The notes: generated by a model not told the origin, from the letters alone. DNA of 64,000 nucleotides from Octopus vulgaris (GCA_951406725.2 OX597816.1:114142001-114206000); one strand, 5' to 3'. Shown: positions 42,371 to 56,357, counted from the first letter of the stretch. Made by a program: numbers and translations.

Positions 42371-43354
42371 TACATGTATGTGTAAATGAATAGTAAAATT
42401 AAACATATACACACACATATTATACACGCATAAATATACATTCATATACATGCATTTATCTACATGCATACAGACACACACACACATGCCTCTGTATTAT
42501 ATTCCAGAACTATACTTGTTTAGCAAATAATTTCAGATATGGAATTCTGTCAGTGACCGATTCATAAAAGTGCGAAGAAATATTTTGACACTTCACAGGA
42601 AACAATATTAGGAAATGTTATGATCAATATTATTAAGAAATAAATGAAAAATGAATATAAAAGTTTTCTAATATGACTGTCTCATTAAGTAGCAACACAC
42701 ACATTCCTTTTTACATGTTTCCTCCATGATAGTATGGGTTAGATGAATATATTACATGTATGTACACATATATATGTATATATATGTATGAAAGCATGTG
42801 CACATACACACACACACACACACATACACACACACACACACACAACATACGTATAAGATACTATACTATTTAGTCTACTGATAATGAGTTGCCCTAGTAA
42901 AATATACTAGTTTTGAAATAGTAATGTAAACACAAACTACACCAGTGATTCAATATCTCAAAATAATATATATATGCCCACACACACACACACACGTGGA
43001 TGTGTGTGTGTGTAAATATATATATATACACACATATACATATGCATATATGTATATGCACAAAGATACCTATATATATATATGTGTGTGTGTATACCTA
43101 TATTATATACATGTGTGTGTGCATGTGTTTACATGTACAGTAATATCAGCTGGCATCTCTGAGTTATTTGAATTTCATGTGTCTGATCATCAAACTGCAT
43201 ATGATGCACCTCACACAAACACACACACACATTTACACCCCTCTCCTATATATATATATATATATGTATATACAGATACCTACACACATGCATGCATACA
43301 TGCTAACTGTTGTCCATCTTCAACTGTACACCTTTTAATGTTTGCACTCTTTAG

Positions 43355-44068
43355 GAGGGTCAGCAGCAACAGAGAATACAGCCATGAGGATGATCAGAGA
43401 ATTACAACTGCAACTATCTACGAGACATTTCTTTATGCCCTCATGGGTGAAGAAATTTTAGAAGTCATCATTGCAGATACATGTGATACTGTGGATACCA
43501 CAATGGCAATGCCTCCTCTTGAGATCCAAGGTCCATAATCTACATCACAGAAGACAGCTTTGGAATGACGATTCATAGTATTGTTGAGAAAGGGCATTTC
43601 CTAGGACCACTATCTTTATTGTGAAGAAGACAGATCCAGTGGTAGGAGTAATACATCACAAATGGTATCTCCTCCCTGCTGCAGGGGCCTGGTAGAAATC
43701 CAGTTTGATGGAAACCCCCTTAAAGCTGAATACTACAAATTTTTTCCCCTCTGTGTGTACTGTCCTAGCCTTTGTCTTCTTGGACTCAACTACAAGGTAG
43801 CAGAGCAGTACAAGGTGGCTCACTACTGCTACAGATTAGGACATGTGTATCGACTCATCCCTGAGACAGATGCTTTGACGAGTACTAGGTGTTTATCTTT
43901 TTCTAAAATGCATGTGCCTGTCTGTCTATTTAGATGGTGAATAAGCAAGCACTGGTGTGTGTGTGTGTGAGTGTGCATGCTCACTTATTCACCATCTTGA
44001 GTATTTCTGTCCTGTGCACATATATAAAAACATAAATAAAAGCATAAACACACACACACACATGCACC

Positions 44069-44108
<40 letters not shown>

Positions 44109-44411
44109 CACATCTCTTTATACAGAGAAGACACTTTGGGTTGTACATTTCCCAGTATCACTATCTCCACAATGAAAGAAATATATCCAGTGACAAGGAC
44201 GACCCAAGACAACTGGCACCTACCCCCTGCTGCAAGGGGCTGGTGGAAATCCCTATTTTGAAGACCACTTTAGGCTGACCAGCACAGCTTATTTTTCTTT
44301 CTTTGGGTGTACTCCCCAAGATGCACCCAGAAAGAAGTCAGGTAGTGGAGATAGTTTGCTACCCAACCACCACAGTTAAAAAGCTCTATCTACTCCTCTC
44401 TCGGACAGATG
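43355..44411 (+). pseudogene. Two diverged tandem copies of a decayed coding unit of unknown origin
   Basis: 43547-43873 aligns with 44122-44411. The translations are HYLYCEEDRSSGRSNTSQMVSPPCCRGLVEI vs HYLHNERNISSDKDDPRQLAPTPCCKGLVEI. Stop codons and frameshifts are present. Confidence 0.45.
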
Positions 44412-44519
44412 TCTAATTAAGAAATAAAGCAATTATCACCCTCAAAACAATCATATAACACATTTGTTCCCCACCTCAAGTATTTCTATATTCATGTATG
44501 CTATTACTATGTAGTTATT

Positions 44520-45983
44520 CTGTTGGGTTCCTCTGTTCTTTCGACAGGTTTTGTTTTTGTTTTACTGCGTTTCCAGTAACACTGCTAATCGAGCTAGTCT
44601 AATGGGGTAGGGTGGAACAGTTCACCGCTAACAACCCGACTGTGTAACAGGTTGTACTGATTGCACGCTAGTTGTAGCACTGAAGGCAACCACACACACA
44701 TACATGCACTGTAGCCTGTAATTTCATTCCTTTACACAAATTTGAGGTAATAAGGTAAAACAAAAGTGAAATTAGAAAGAGCCAGACAGATCAATTAACT
44801 GTTTTTGTTTGAGAATGGAAATAACTCAACAGTCCAAGGCAAGTTGGGAAGATTTACCGAAGAAATATATTACGGTTTATTTATTTATTATTATTGTTAT
44901 TATTATAAGAAGTAGTACTTTTAGTAGTATATGGTTATGACTATTTTTACTGGAAAATGTTGGTGTTTATTTTTCTTTAATTCAGGAGAATTATTTTTGA
45001 GAGGTGGTTTGTTATATAATTTAGATGAATGAACTATAAATGAAAAATTATAATAGATAGCATAGCAGATTAGAACTTTGATCACTGTCGGGAATATTTT
45101 TTTTTTGCAAAAAGAAAAAGAAACAAAAGACAAGACAAAACAAAAATAAACTACTTAATTTTTATATTCTATATCTATATATTCCACACATCTACATGAA
45201 GTTAAAAATTGCTGTGAGCAATATCGATATACAAAAACAAATAAAAGTCAGTGAAATTTATAAATGTGAAGCAAAAATCAATAATGTAGTAAATACATGT
45301 TTTTGCAATGCTTTTCTTTTCTTTTTAAGGAACATGAAAAAATTAATTTTTTTATAGGAAATCTATGTAATTTGTTCATTGAAGCATGACTAAAATGAAT
45401 TTTTTTTTTACAAACATTTCATTTGGTAACACACTTTTGATGACATTTAGTAAATAAATATTTTAAGAAAATACCTTAAATTTTATTCTAAGAAAATATA
45501 TATTCAATTTTCATATTTCAAAATTGTATTTTGGAAAATGGTGTATGAAATATTTTAATGCACATGCACACAATTATATATACATACATATACATATATT
45601 TTAAAAACTATACATATGTTTTTGTATATGTATGTGCATGTGTGCACATATACATTACATGTCTGTGTGCTTGTGTATGTGTATATATATAAACAAATAT
45701 ATACATGTATGAAAATATATATAATATGTGTGCACATGTATGTACATGTCAGTGTGTATACATGCATGTATGTCTCTATATTTGTGTGTATGTACCAATT
45801 AATGTATGTTATATAAATTTATACTTCCATACATATGCATTATACAGAATCAGACCACATCTACATGTATAAACCTAAACATTAAGGTAAAGGCTTTTGT
45901 CAACATACTTACTGCATGTCTGTGTGTACATATATATCTATATCATATACATATATATATACATATATATCTATATTATATAC

Positions 45984-46040
<57 letters not shown>

Positions 46041-46314
46041 ACAACACACACATACATATATAGTTACATTCTCTAATATTATATGGACATTTTCATGCAC
46101 ACACATTTGTACATACACATATAATTTTCAATAAAATAAGTACCTCCCCATGTCCAAACATTTCCATCTTCGAAAGTAGGAATTGTTAATGCTATTCTTT
46201 AATAGTGATTATGTAAATTAAGTAAATATGTAGAGCTGGTGAAGGTAGGAAGGCAGAATTTAGCAATGTGTGTGAGCATGTGTGAGAGCATGTGTGTACG
46301 CGTGTGTATATATG

Positions 46315-46350
<36 letters not shown>

Positions 46351-47653
46351 CAGTAGCTGCGGAGGCAAAACCAGAGAGAAAGGGGGAGGGAAGGAGAGAA
46401 AGAGAAAGAGAGAGAGAGAGATGAAGTTGAAGTGGGATTTCAACTATGAAACTTCCAGAATAATGTGCAGAATGAGAAAGCAGACAATATACAGCATGCT
46501 GGCAGCAGAAAGAAAACAACAAATTTTAAGAAACGCTCTATATTTTACTTTTTTTTGAAAAATTGATTTTTCCATTCTCCCACCTCCCTCTCTTTTTTCT
46601 CCTTTTTTCACTTTCTGTCTGTCTGTCTGTCACTTCAGCCCTTGCCACTTTTCACTTTCTACCATTTAGAATTAAACATTCTCGAAATATTTTTGAGACA
46701 AGATTCCACAATATCTCATATTTGTCAAAATAAATAAATAAATAAATAATATAATTAAATAAATAAAGTAAAAACACACACACACACACACAAAAAAAAA
46801 ACAAAAAAAAATTGCAAGAAAGAAAACAGAAAAGATTTCGGCACTACAAAGACATTATTTAAGAAAAGTGTAAGTTGTGAATGCATCGAACACAAACGCA
46901 GTTATTTTGTGCACACAGTCACATACATATATTTATTGTACGTGCATTTGTGAATGCGTGTGTTTTCAGGAATAATTATATAGACGGAGAAAGATATAGA
47001 AAAGGAAGGAAAAAAAGAGAAGGCAGACAGAATAGAGACATACTGAAGTGGATGGGGAAACTGATAAGGTGACAGACAAAAAGACTAAGAAAAGAATGTG
47101 TGTGACATGTGGTGCATAATGAGATGAGAGAGAGAGAGAGAGAGAGTGTGTGTTTATAATTTGTGAACTGAAGGAGGAAGAGGATGGGTGTGTGTGTGTG
47201 TATGTGTGTGTGTGGTGTATGTGTGTGTGTGATTTGAAAGATGGGAGAAAGAGAGACAGTGTGTATGTGCATTCATGAATGTGTTTAAGACAGAAGAGAG
47301 AGAGAAAGGATGAAAAGAAAGAGCATGCTTATGGTGGATGAGATAATAGAGAATGAATGAAAGAGAGAGAGAGAAGGAGAGAGTGAGGGAGAGAGAGAGA
47401 GAGAGAAAGAATGTGTGTGTGTGTGTGTGTGTGTGTGTGGAGGGGAGTATGTATGTGAATGATCTCATCAGTAAGATCCACTCGCCCACTAAACCAAGTA
47501 GTCCGTTACTAATAAAGTACTATAAGGACGGTAACACAACCGAAATGATGCTATATTGATTACAATTTACCAAGAGAATAACAAAGCACACTGATAACAA
47601 AAACACAAACATCCTGAAGAAGATGTGGGGTCAGGTAAGTGTGGGGTGGGGTG

Positions 47654-47685
<32 letters not shown>

Positions 47686-48600
47686 CGAGAGAGAAGAGAG
47701 AGAGAAATGAAAACAAACAAGGACTTTTCACACAAAACTAAACCAAGCAGGAGGCAGTGACAAAGATTTTTAAACTATTAAAAGAAAAAGAAAAAAAAAA
47801 CGATAGAAATCTATGTGTTAATATGAATACAATAGATACAAATGGAAATAGCTAAACCAGCAAAAAAATGAACATGGTGACAATGATGTTGATGAATGGA
47901 TAATTTGAGTATTTTTTTTTTTGATTTTTAGCACCAAAGTATTGTAATGATTTATATCATTAACTAATGGTATATTAGCTGAAATAACGTGTATGTATAG
48001 AAGGCAACAGCAGAATAATGACTTGCCAAACGAGGGCTACCAATGCACTATTGCTATATAGATGCAGTGCCTGCTGCAGGCAGCTGGAGAGAAGGCGACA
48101 GATAACAGTAGCAGCGGTATAGAAAAGACGAAGGAAGATGGAACAGCAGTTAGCTGTCCAGTTGACCGCCCTGTGTTGGTGTTGTTATGTTTCCACTGAG
48201 AGTAGATGTTTGCAGGTGATGCAACGACGAGAGGCAAATCAATGACATACTTTTCGAGTATTCAGCAAGCACCTACCTGCGAGCCAATTATATTCCACGA
48301 CGCTTTAGATTTTGCAGAAGCACTTATCAGTTTTCAACTGCAACATATTAAACATTCAAACACTATATGGCTCTCTTCAAAGAATTGATGCCTAAGCTTG
48401 TCTTAAGATTCTTTCAAATAGTAAAATTTCAACAGATTTAAAAATTTAAAGTCACGGTGACCTAGGTTTTCATAGCAATATCTATTTTTAATGTTTTTTA
48501 TTTCTCTCTCTCTCTCTTTCGCTCACTTTCTCTCTCTCTCTCCCTCACTCTCACTCCTCCTCCTCCTACCCTTCCCATTGCCTTTTCTCTTTTTGTGTAC
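44520..48600 (-). promoter_or_regulatory. Candidate internal promoter/5'UTR region
   Basis: CpG-retaining unique patches lie at 44540-44670, 46845-46990, 47480-47545 and 48030-48305. There are long (GA)n tracts and no SINEs between 42.4 and 49.8 kb. A strong minus-strand donor CAG|GTAGGT lies at 48277/48276. Confidence 0.3.
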
Positions 48601-49044
48601 AGCGAAATTTTAAATATCAGCATGTAGATAATGAAAGGTTTAAAGGAGCTGCACATATATTTAATTACTGGCAATGTATCTCAGTTGTACTTCATACAGC
48701 CTCTCTTGCATTTTCATTTTTTTAAAAATTTCACATATTTTATATTATTTATAAATTATTACTATTTATATTTGTATAAAACATAAATATTTTTTCGTGT
48801 TTTGCTTGTTTATATTTCTTGTATATTTACATTTATATATAGTAAATGTGTGTATGTTACACACATGTATACACACACACACAAATATATATATACATAT
48901 ATATGTGTGTGTGTGTGTATGTATATATTTATATATACATATATATATGCGTGTGTGTATGTGTGGAGGGAGAAAGACAGAGAGAGCTAAATAACTATAT
49001 AGCTAGAAAGATAGGCAGACAAATAGATAGCTATATATATATAC

Positions 49045-49101
<57 letters not shown>

Positions 49102-49790
49102 GGAGAGAGAGGGGGAGAGAGTGAGTGAGAGAAAGAGCTAAACAGAAAGATAGATAGATGGATATAATTCTTTGTTAAAATCATCAATAAATCTGGACAG
49201 TGACAGTACATTTTGGCTGTTATTAGATTTCTTGCAAGGTCATTGTGACCCAACAACTATTTGAATTAGACAAATAGGAATAAATTAAAATATATCAGCT
49301 ATTTTAAAAGGAAATGAATTTTCCCTATTTCTTCGAAGATGTTTACTGATAAATTTTTTCTTGGTTTATTTATTTGTTTTAAAATTCACTGTGGGTGTGC
49401 AAGGTAGTTGGGGAAAGAGGTGTGTGCATGAGATTTTACTAATAAATCAAAAAACCCATTTATTTTCTGAGGGACTTTGTATCAGACGATATAAACATTA
49501 AGTTATATATTTTAAAACAGAATTTTATTATGCCTGCAGAAACACCAATACCCATCCAACAATCAATCTACACATTTATTTCTTTATATGAAATTGTTTG
49601 CATAAAAAAAGGAGAGAGAGAGAGAGAAAGAGAATAGCAATCTTCTTTCATCAATGAATAAATAAGTTAAAGCCACATTTTATATACAAGGGGAGATGGA
49701 ATCTGGATTAACATCAAAAATAAGATCAAATTTAACTCTAAACAACAACAACAATAATGGTTTTCAAGATTAGCACAAGGCATAATAATA

Positions 49791-50008
49791 ACTGTTTCTA
49801 ATATAGACACAAGGCCTGAGACTGGGGATGGGGGTAAGTCAATTAAATCAACTCTAGTTTTTGTCTGATATCTTAATTTATTGATCTTAGAGGGATGAAA
49901 GGCAAAGTCGACCTGAGTGGGACTTGAACTTAGAACATAATAAGCCAAAACAAATGCTGCTAAGCATTTGAGAAAATGCTTTAGCAATTCTGCCAATCCA
50001 GCACCCTA
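49791..50008 (-). mobile_element. SINE family A
   Basis: It contains ggatgaaaggcaaagtcgacc...acttgaacttagaa...aattctgcca. Confidence 0.8.
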
Positions 50009-51169
50009 GGTAATAATGACAATAATAATGACAATTTCTTTCATCAGCATGATTCAAGTTAAAAGAGAAGCCACAATTTATGCTTTACACAAGGGCATTA
50101 AGAGCTATCAGGGAGCAGTGTGATAGTAAGGATGCTAATGAAGTAAATGATAAAGCTCTAGTTGGGAATCAACCATGTCACAGAAGTGATTTGTCCAGAG
50201 CATGGCACCAGTTATAAATAACAATAAGGATGAACATTCTGAACAGCAGCACAAGGTCAAGCATGTTCAAAAAGGAGCTATTGCTGAATGAACTAACTCA
50301 ATTGTTTGACTAGTACTTGTTTTATTAAACCCAGAAGGATGAAAAACAAAACTAAACCTATTGTGGGTTTGAATGTAGAAGGAGAAATTAAATATTGTAA
50401 GGCATTTAGTGAAGCACTCAAAAGTTTCTATATACACCTCCACTACCTTGATAATAACAATGATGAATGAAATTCCTTTGGCTATGTCTTGGTGGCTATT
50501 GAGGTCTCTTTAATTCTGTTATGCCAAGAACATAGCAATGTTTCTAGAAGAGAAAATGCACCAGTACAATCTGTAAAGTGGTAGGTGAAGGGAAAGTGAT
50601 CCAGCTCTACAAACTGAGCCAAATGAGTGAGAGAAGCACCAGTCTAAGAAACAATGTGAACCATTATGAACCATCAAACTCATCCCAGCATGGTAAGCGG
50701 ATGCAAACAGGATGATGATGAAAAGGATGAGGATTTCTTATGCATGAGACTAGTTGTGGTTAAGCACTATTTCACTTTGATTGCACAGCCCTGTGATCAA
50801 GAGTACAGTGCCCGATGTCCTCTTAGATATAGAAGAAAGGGTGTGATAATGAGGGAGATTTAGTGGCTATTTGTAAAAATTTGTGTGACCATGTTATAGG
50901 CTTTCATTGGCTTGTTATCAGTAGCTTTTGTAAGATGTTTAGTTCATAGATTTCATGTTAGATACTTTTTTAAGTTTCAGAAGAATAAAAAATTAAGTCA
51001 ACCACAGTAAAATTTTAATAAAATGTTATCATGTTGCCATACAATCTGATAGAGATTTTTTACTGATGTTCAAATAGGTATTAAGGCTGCAGAGTTTAAG
51101 TGGAAACAAATATCTTGAGTCATCTGTAATTGGAAGATTCTGATTCATATGATGGTGAAGAATTGTAAG

Positions 51170-51485
51170 ATGGTGGTGTGCCTGGTTGCTCTTTTTGGGT
51201 CTAACTTATTGGTTGGCAGCTTCGAAACACAAACAGATATTGTAAGTCAAGAAAATGCAAATGCTCCAATGTGTGCCGGGGTTGACTACATTAGGCCATG
51301 CCATGAATGAAAATGCACTGAGAGCGATGGAAGCAGAACTTGTTGTTCATAAAATGAGTGAGGTGAGCTGAGCTGCTACTTGTATAGGGAAATGAGATGC
51401 TGTGCCGAACAATCGCTATCCTTAAGAATCAACCCAAATGTCTAGCACCTTTTAAAGATGACCAAAGAAATGGTAGATGGATATA
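51170..51485 (+). mobile_element. Decayed RTE-clade LINE fragment (second subfamily)
   Basis: From 51255 it translates MQMLQCVPGLTTLGHAMNENALRAMEAELVVHKMSE, resembling the RTE motif EMRMLRW.CG.TRLD.I.NE.IR. Confidence 0.6.
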
Positions 51486-52069
51486 TATGCAACATATATG
51501 CAATAAGTCAACATCTCTTCTAGAAGTCCTTAATCAGGCCAAATAGAGGGGGGACATAACAAAGCAAACTTTATGAATGCATTTCTGGAATAATATAGAA
51601 GATTTGATTGAAACTGATAATAAGCATCATGAATGGCACCAAAGCAGTACATAACTAAGTTATAACAAAAAGAGGGATAAAATCCCTACTCAACAGAAAT
51701 TATAATAAAATAACAATATAAAAAAACAGCTGTACATATACATATAATATGCCACTTTTTCATGAAAATTAATTCCTCACTTTTGCCTGAGGCAACAAAT
51801 CTTGGAGGAGAGGTGTATAGTTGATCAAATAAACCAGTGAATTCCTGGTGCTTAGTTTATCAAATTTAGATGAATGAAAGACAATATTAACCCCGAAAAG
51901 ATTTGAAATCAGAACGCAGTATTATACAACAAAATACTGGATAAGCATTTAGATTGATACAAAGTCTATAATAAGGTTGCAAATGTATAATTGATTGACT
52001 GAAACTGTTACAGTTATTTTATCAAGGTAAACTTATCCTTAACCAAAATAATAACCCTTTCTATTATAG

Positions 52070-52314
52070 TAGTGGTTCTCAAAGTGGGAGGTATTGCCCC
52101 CCCCTCCCCAAGGGTGGTGGAAAGTTCCAAGGGGATGTTGAAGAAAAATAGGGCAATAACGGGGTAGCGATTCATGTAAAAACAACAAAATAATGGGTTC
52201 ATTAGGAAATACAGTTGCTTTGAATTTGCTTCAGAAAGAGGTCTATATTTGTGATGATTAGTTGAGGTTGGGGAGCTAGGAATGTGGCCTGGGTGTCAAG
52301 TCTGGGAACAACTG
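52070..52314. mobile_element. hAT (Charlie-like) MITE
   Basis: The ends are tagtggttctcaaa...tctgggaacaactg. The 8-bp flanks tattatag/tacaatag match 6/8. Confidence 0.6.
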
Positions 52315-52317
52315 TAC

Positions 52318-52504
52318 AATAGGCACAGGGCCTGAAATTTTAGGGGAGGAGGCTAGTCGATTACATTGACCCCTGTGCCTAACTGGTACTTATTTTATTG
52401 ACACCCAAAAATACGAAAGGTAAAGTTGACCTCAATGGAATTTGAACTGAAATGCTTCAAAGCATTTTGCCTGGCACAGTAATGATTCTGCCATCTCACT
52501 GCTT
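52318..52504 (-). mobile_element. SINE family A
   Basis: It contains ggcctgaaatttt...actggtacttatttt...aaagttgacctc..gaatttgaact. Confidence 0.8.
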
Positions 52505-55326
52505 ACATTAGCCATAGTAATTAATATGGTTTAATATTTTACATTAGTAATATAAATTTTTATTCAGATTATACTAATTTCAAAAGATTTATATGAAATT
52601 TATTTTAATTTATGAAACAGAACAAAAACAAAATGAGAGGTATAAAGGAAAAAGTCAAAATTAAAATGAACACACACGTACATATTGCTTAACAAATGCA
52701 TTGGATAAAGTATATCCCCTTCAAACTGATTAAATTAACACAAGAAAATAATATAAGGAATAATAATTAAAAGTATTTAATGAAAACAAATACTAAACAA
52801 GAATATGAAAGCTAAGTGATAAGATTAATTAAACAGGATCTGCAGCTTTGTAAAATTTTATATATAATTATACACACACGTACACACACACACACTACAT
52901 ATTTATCAACTTTTACAAGGAAAAGATTCACAATGACTTTGAAGTTTCAACTTGTTCAAATATATATGTATGTGTGTGCGTCTCTTCCAACCCATGCCAA
53001 CATGAAAAGGCAGAAGTAAGAATGATTTTGTGTACACATGTGTGTGTAGTACACACACACACACACACATGTGAAATCATCCTCAACAACCCCATTTTTA
53101 CTACTGCTTTTGTCATGTTAGCATGGACTGGAAGAGACTTCTTGAAGCAGTATTCTATGGTCAATGGTTGGATGCCAGTCCTAATGCCACCCATTAATGG
53201 CTTTGAAATATGGTACTCCACCAGGTTTCACATGTCAAAACCATGGAACTACAGGATATATTTTGTATGTGGGACATAAATAATCATCGCCAATCCTCAA
53301 GCTGTGTAAATATGAAAACTTGTGAAGACAAACATACATACACACACATACACATTTATGCATGATGAACTTTCATACATTTTCTTTTTGATAAATCTAA
53401 CTCATAAGGCATTGGCTACCCTAGTAGGATGGAACTAACAGTGTGATTGTGAAGCAACTTTCTTAGCCACACAACCATGCCTATGGCTATATATTTCTGC
53501 ATGTGTGCATGTGTCTGTGTGTGTGTATACACATATGTGTGTAAATGCCAACATTCATCATGAAACCTAAAATGGCTATCACTAAAGAAGAATATATACT
53601 AATGAAACATCTATGCCTTCAAAGTCTCTGTATTTTGAACCTTTTTCATTAGATCCATTTTCTTTAATCATCTGCTAGGAATGTCTTCAAATCTTAGTAG
53701 CAATTAGCAAGGGCTATGAGGAGGGGCATGTATAGGACATTATTCCCCACCAGAATATGGGATGCATGACCAAATAGCATCAAGAAATAATCTCAAACTT
53801 CAAAATGAAAACCTTTCTTTTCATCAACTCTCTCTCTCCCTCTCCTCGCCCCATCTCTCACTCTCTCACATGTACACATGTGTAATATATATATAGATGA
53901 AATGAAAATAAGATTAAAGAGATGACTTAAAATGGCCAGTGGCATTAATTTAAACACCATACAAGGTAAATTACTAATTTATTGAAACTATCTCTGTTAC
54001 TATGGATAGTGGTAAATCATTAAGTGGTAGTTGGGACCAAGAGTCAAGAATTCTCCAAAATCAACATACCATTAAAATGACGACAGTTTAATGCCTGGAG
54101 ATAAGAAATCATCAATAGATATGTATTTCTACCTCAATTGGTGCCTCAGCATAACAGATTACACTTAGACACAGGCCAAAAAGAATAAAACATTTATAAC
54201 TAAGGTAATTTGCATAAATAAAATGGAAATGAGCTAAGAGAAATAACTCTAAGTGGTCAGTGGCTACAGGAAGACCAAAGAAAAGCTAACATCACACTAC
54301 TTTATTCATCAAATATCAAAGAGACTGCAGTAACTCTGACGGCAGTAGCATGGCCTAATAAAAGTCAAGAAGCTAGAATGAGCTCAAAACTATAAACTCA
54401 AATGCACATACAGACCTATGTATTTGTTCAACTGATTAAAAACATATGTTCCAACATTATAAGGAAAACTTTAAAATTGTCATGATTTATTATTATTAAT
54501 GAAAATAAATGGTTACAGACTATAACTTCTTTTTATTTGTTTAATCGGTTTTTGAGAGACACTTAAAATAGGATTAGAGATAGACAGAAAGAGTAGATAG
54601 GCATAAAATATTAAAACAAAGTTAACATGCAGGAAACATGGAAAGGAAATCTATAAAGTTTATTTTGCATAGAAGATTTTACTGAATGGAATGAAGCTAC
54701 TGAATAAATGAAACTCTGAACAGCTTCAAGAAAAAAAAACATTAAAGGAAGAACAATATGTTATCTACAATAACAGCTGTTATAGAATTCTTGAAATGTA
54801 ACACTGGTCATATGTTGGAAAATACTTATGGTATAAATTTAGCATAAAGAATTTCCTTTAATAGTTCTAGATATGGCTATGCCATCCTTTTTCTAGGTAT
54901 GTTGACTGAAAATTAAAGACTGCAAACTTATTGCCATATGGTTTGAATTTTACTTCATCGATTCACACAGTTAGAATGAAAAAGGACCATAAAAACCTTC
55001 AAAGGTTTTTGCTACAGAGGTGATTGTCACTATTTTATAAGAAATTTATATTACATTGCTTTATTCTGCGTTTATAATGCCTAAACTATGGAATGAATTT
55101 GGTGACATAATCTTATTACACATTTAACCGTTTTATTGTTTGTAAGTCATTTGACTGATCAAGTAAGAGAAGAAATTGAGCACATAATCTATTGTGGATA
55201 TAACATTTATATAATTTAAATTGTTCCTAAGACAATTGACAGATAAATAAATATTTTGAATAAGTATAATTAATCTATATTACTGATATAGATATGTTTT
55301 TTAGTATTTGCAATTCAATAGCTGCT

Positions 55327-55720
55327 ATTATTATTATTATTATCATTATTATTGTTCAGGTCACTGCTTGGAATTGAACTCGGAATCTTGGGGTTAGTAG
55401 CCTGTGCTCTTAACCACTACACCATATGCCCGTGGGTATAGTGGTTAAGAATGCAAGCTACTAACCCCAAGATTCCGAGTTCGATTCCAAGCAGTGACCT
55501 GAACAATAACAATAATAATAATAATAATAATAATGATAATAATAATAATGATAATAATAATAATAACAACAACAACATCGAAAATACATTAGGAATAAGA
55601 ACCCAGGTTCAAAACTTTCCCAAGATACTTGAAGAAGGCTGGAGGGTATATCAGCCGAAACTTGTTAACAACAAACAAGATGAGGACAAATATCCTTTGA
55701 ATGTAAATAATGTAAGTAAT
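55327..55720. mobile_element. Second head-to-head inverted dimer of the same element (left arm truncated in the (TAT)n tract)
   Basis: A minus-strand head (55357-55434) faces a plus-strand head from 55435. The head reads TGGTGTAGTGG (box A-like)...GGCTACTAACCCC...GAGTTCGATTCC (box B). It is followed by (AAT)n and the same tail as 39170-39320. Confidence 0.9.
55624..55666 (+). ncRNA. Degenerate hammerhead ribozyme motif
   Basis: GAUAC-UUGAAGA-A-GGCUG-gagggtatat-CAGCC-GAAA-CUU-GUU. Stem II is perfect, but core C3 is mutated and there is a small deletion after GAAAC. Confidence 0.5.
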
Positions 55721-56326
55721 GCATTTTATCCATTTAGTTATATAAGAGTATAGAAACAATATAATACCAGTGTGTGGTGACTTGTATTTCTCTAAGAGTC
55801 GGAACACTCAACCAACTACTTTCTAAAAGTTACTTAAGAAATAAACCTGTTTAGATATTATAAATTTGGGGCATATGTATTACAGTAAGTAAACAAATGA
55901 TGTGTTTAACATTGTATGTGTGTTATTTATTTATTTATTTTTTGTTTGCTTTCTTAATTATGATAAGCTCTCTTGCAAGAGAAATCTTGAATGCTAAGTG
56001 AACAAACAACTCTACAATATAAATCTATTGGTCAAAGGATAAAACTGCAGGAGCAAAATACTTTGTTTAAATCAGGTCATAACAGTTTTCATCTAAAAAT
56101 CTTTTTTGTTTATTGATAATCTAGAATTTAAAAGCAAAAAAAAAAAAAAAAAAAAGGATTTACTGAAATTCTAATATATGTAATTATTATTATTTATGAT
56201 TTTTTTTTTTAAATGACTGTTAAGTTTGGAAAACTTTAGTGTTTGGTTGAAAAAGAAATAGGTCCTGTGCACAGTCAGTACAGGGATTCTGTTTCATTTC
56301 TAATTTTATATATGGGTGTGTGTGTG

Positions 56327-56357
<31 letters not shown>

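Noticed and set aside
46141-46196. RCC1-like peptide EDGNVWTWG on the minus strand
   Set aside because: An in-frame stop lies just upstream, there is no credible acceptor, and no other RCC1 repeats occur in the window.
48037-48237. 66-aa ORF with hydrophobic C-terminus (GPI/TM-like)
   Set aside because: It has a TTG start, a stop shortly upstream and no acceptor support. It lies just inside a donor site.
55357-55500. Functional tRNA genes
   Set aside because: Box A/B are present, but there is no proper acceptor stem and they are fused to (AAT)n and a repeat tail. They are SINE-type heads.
55969-55982. 14-bp perfect palindrome tctcttgcaagaga
   Set aside because: It is short and isolated, compatible with chance.
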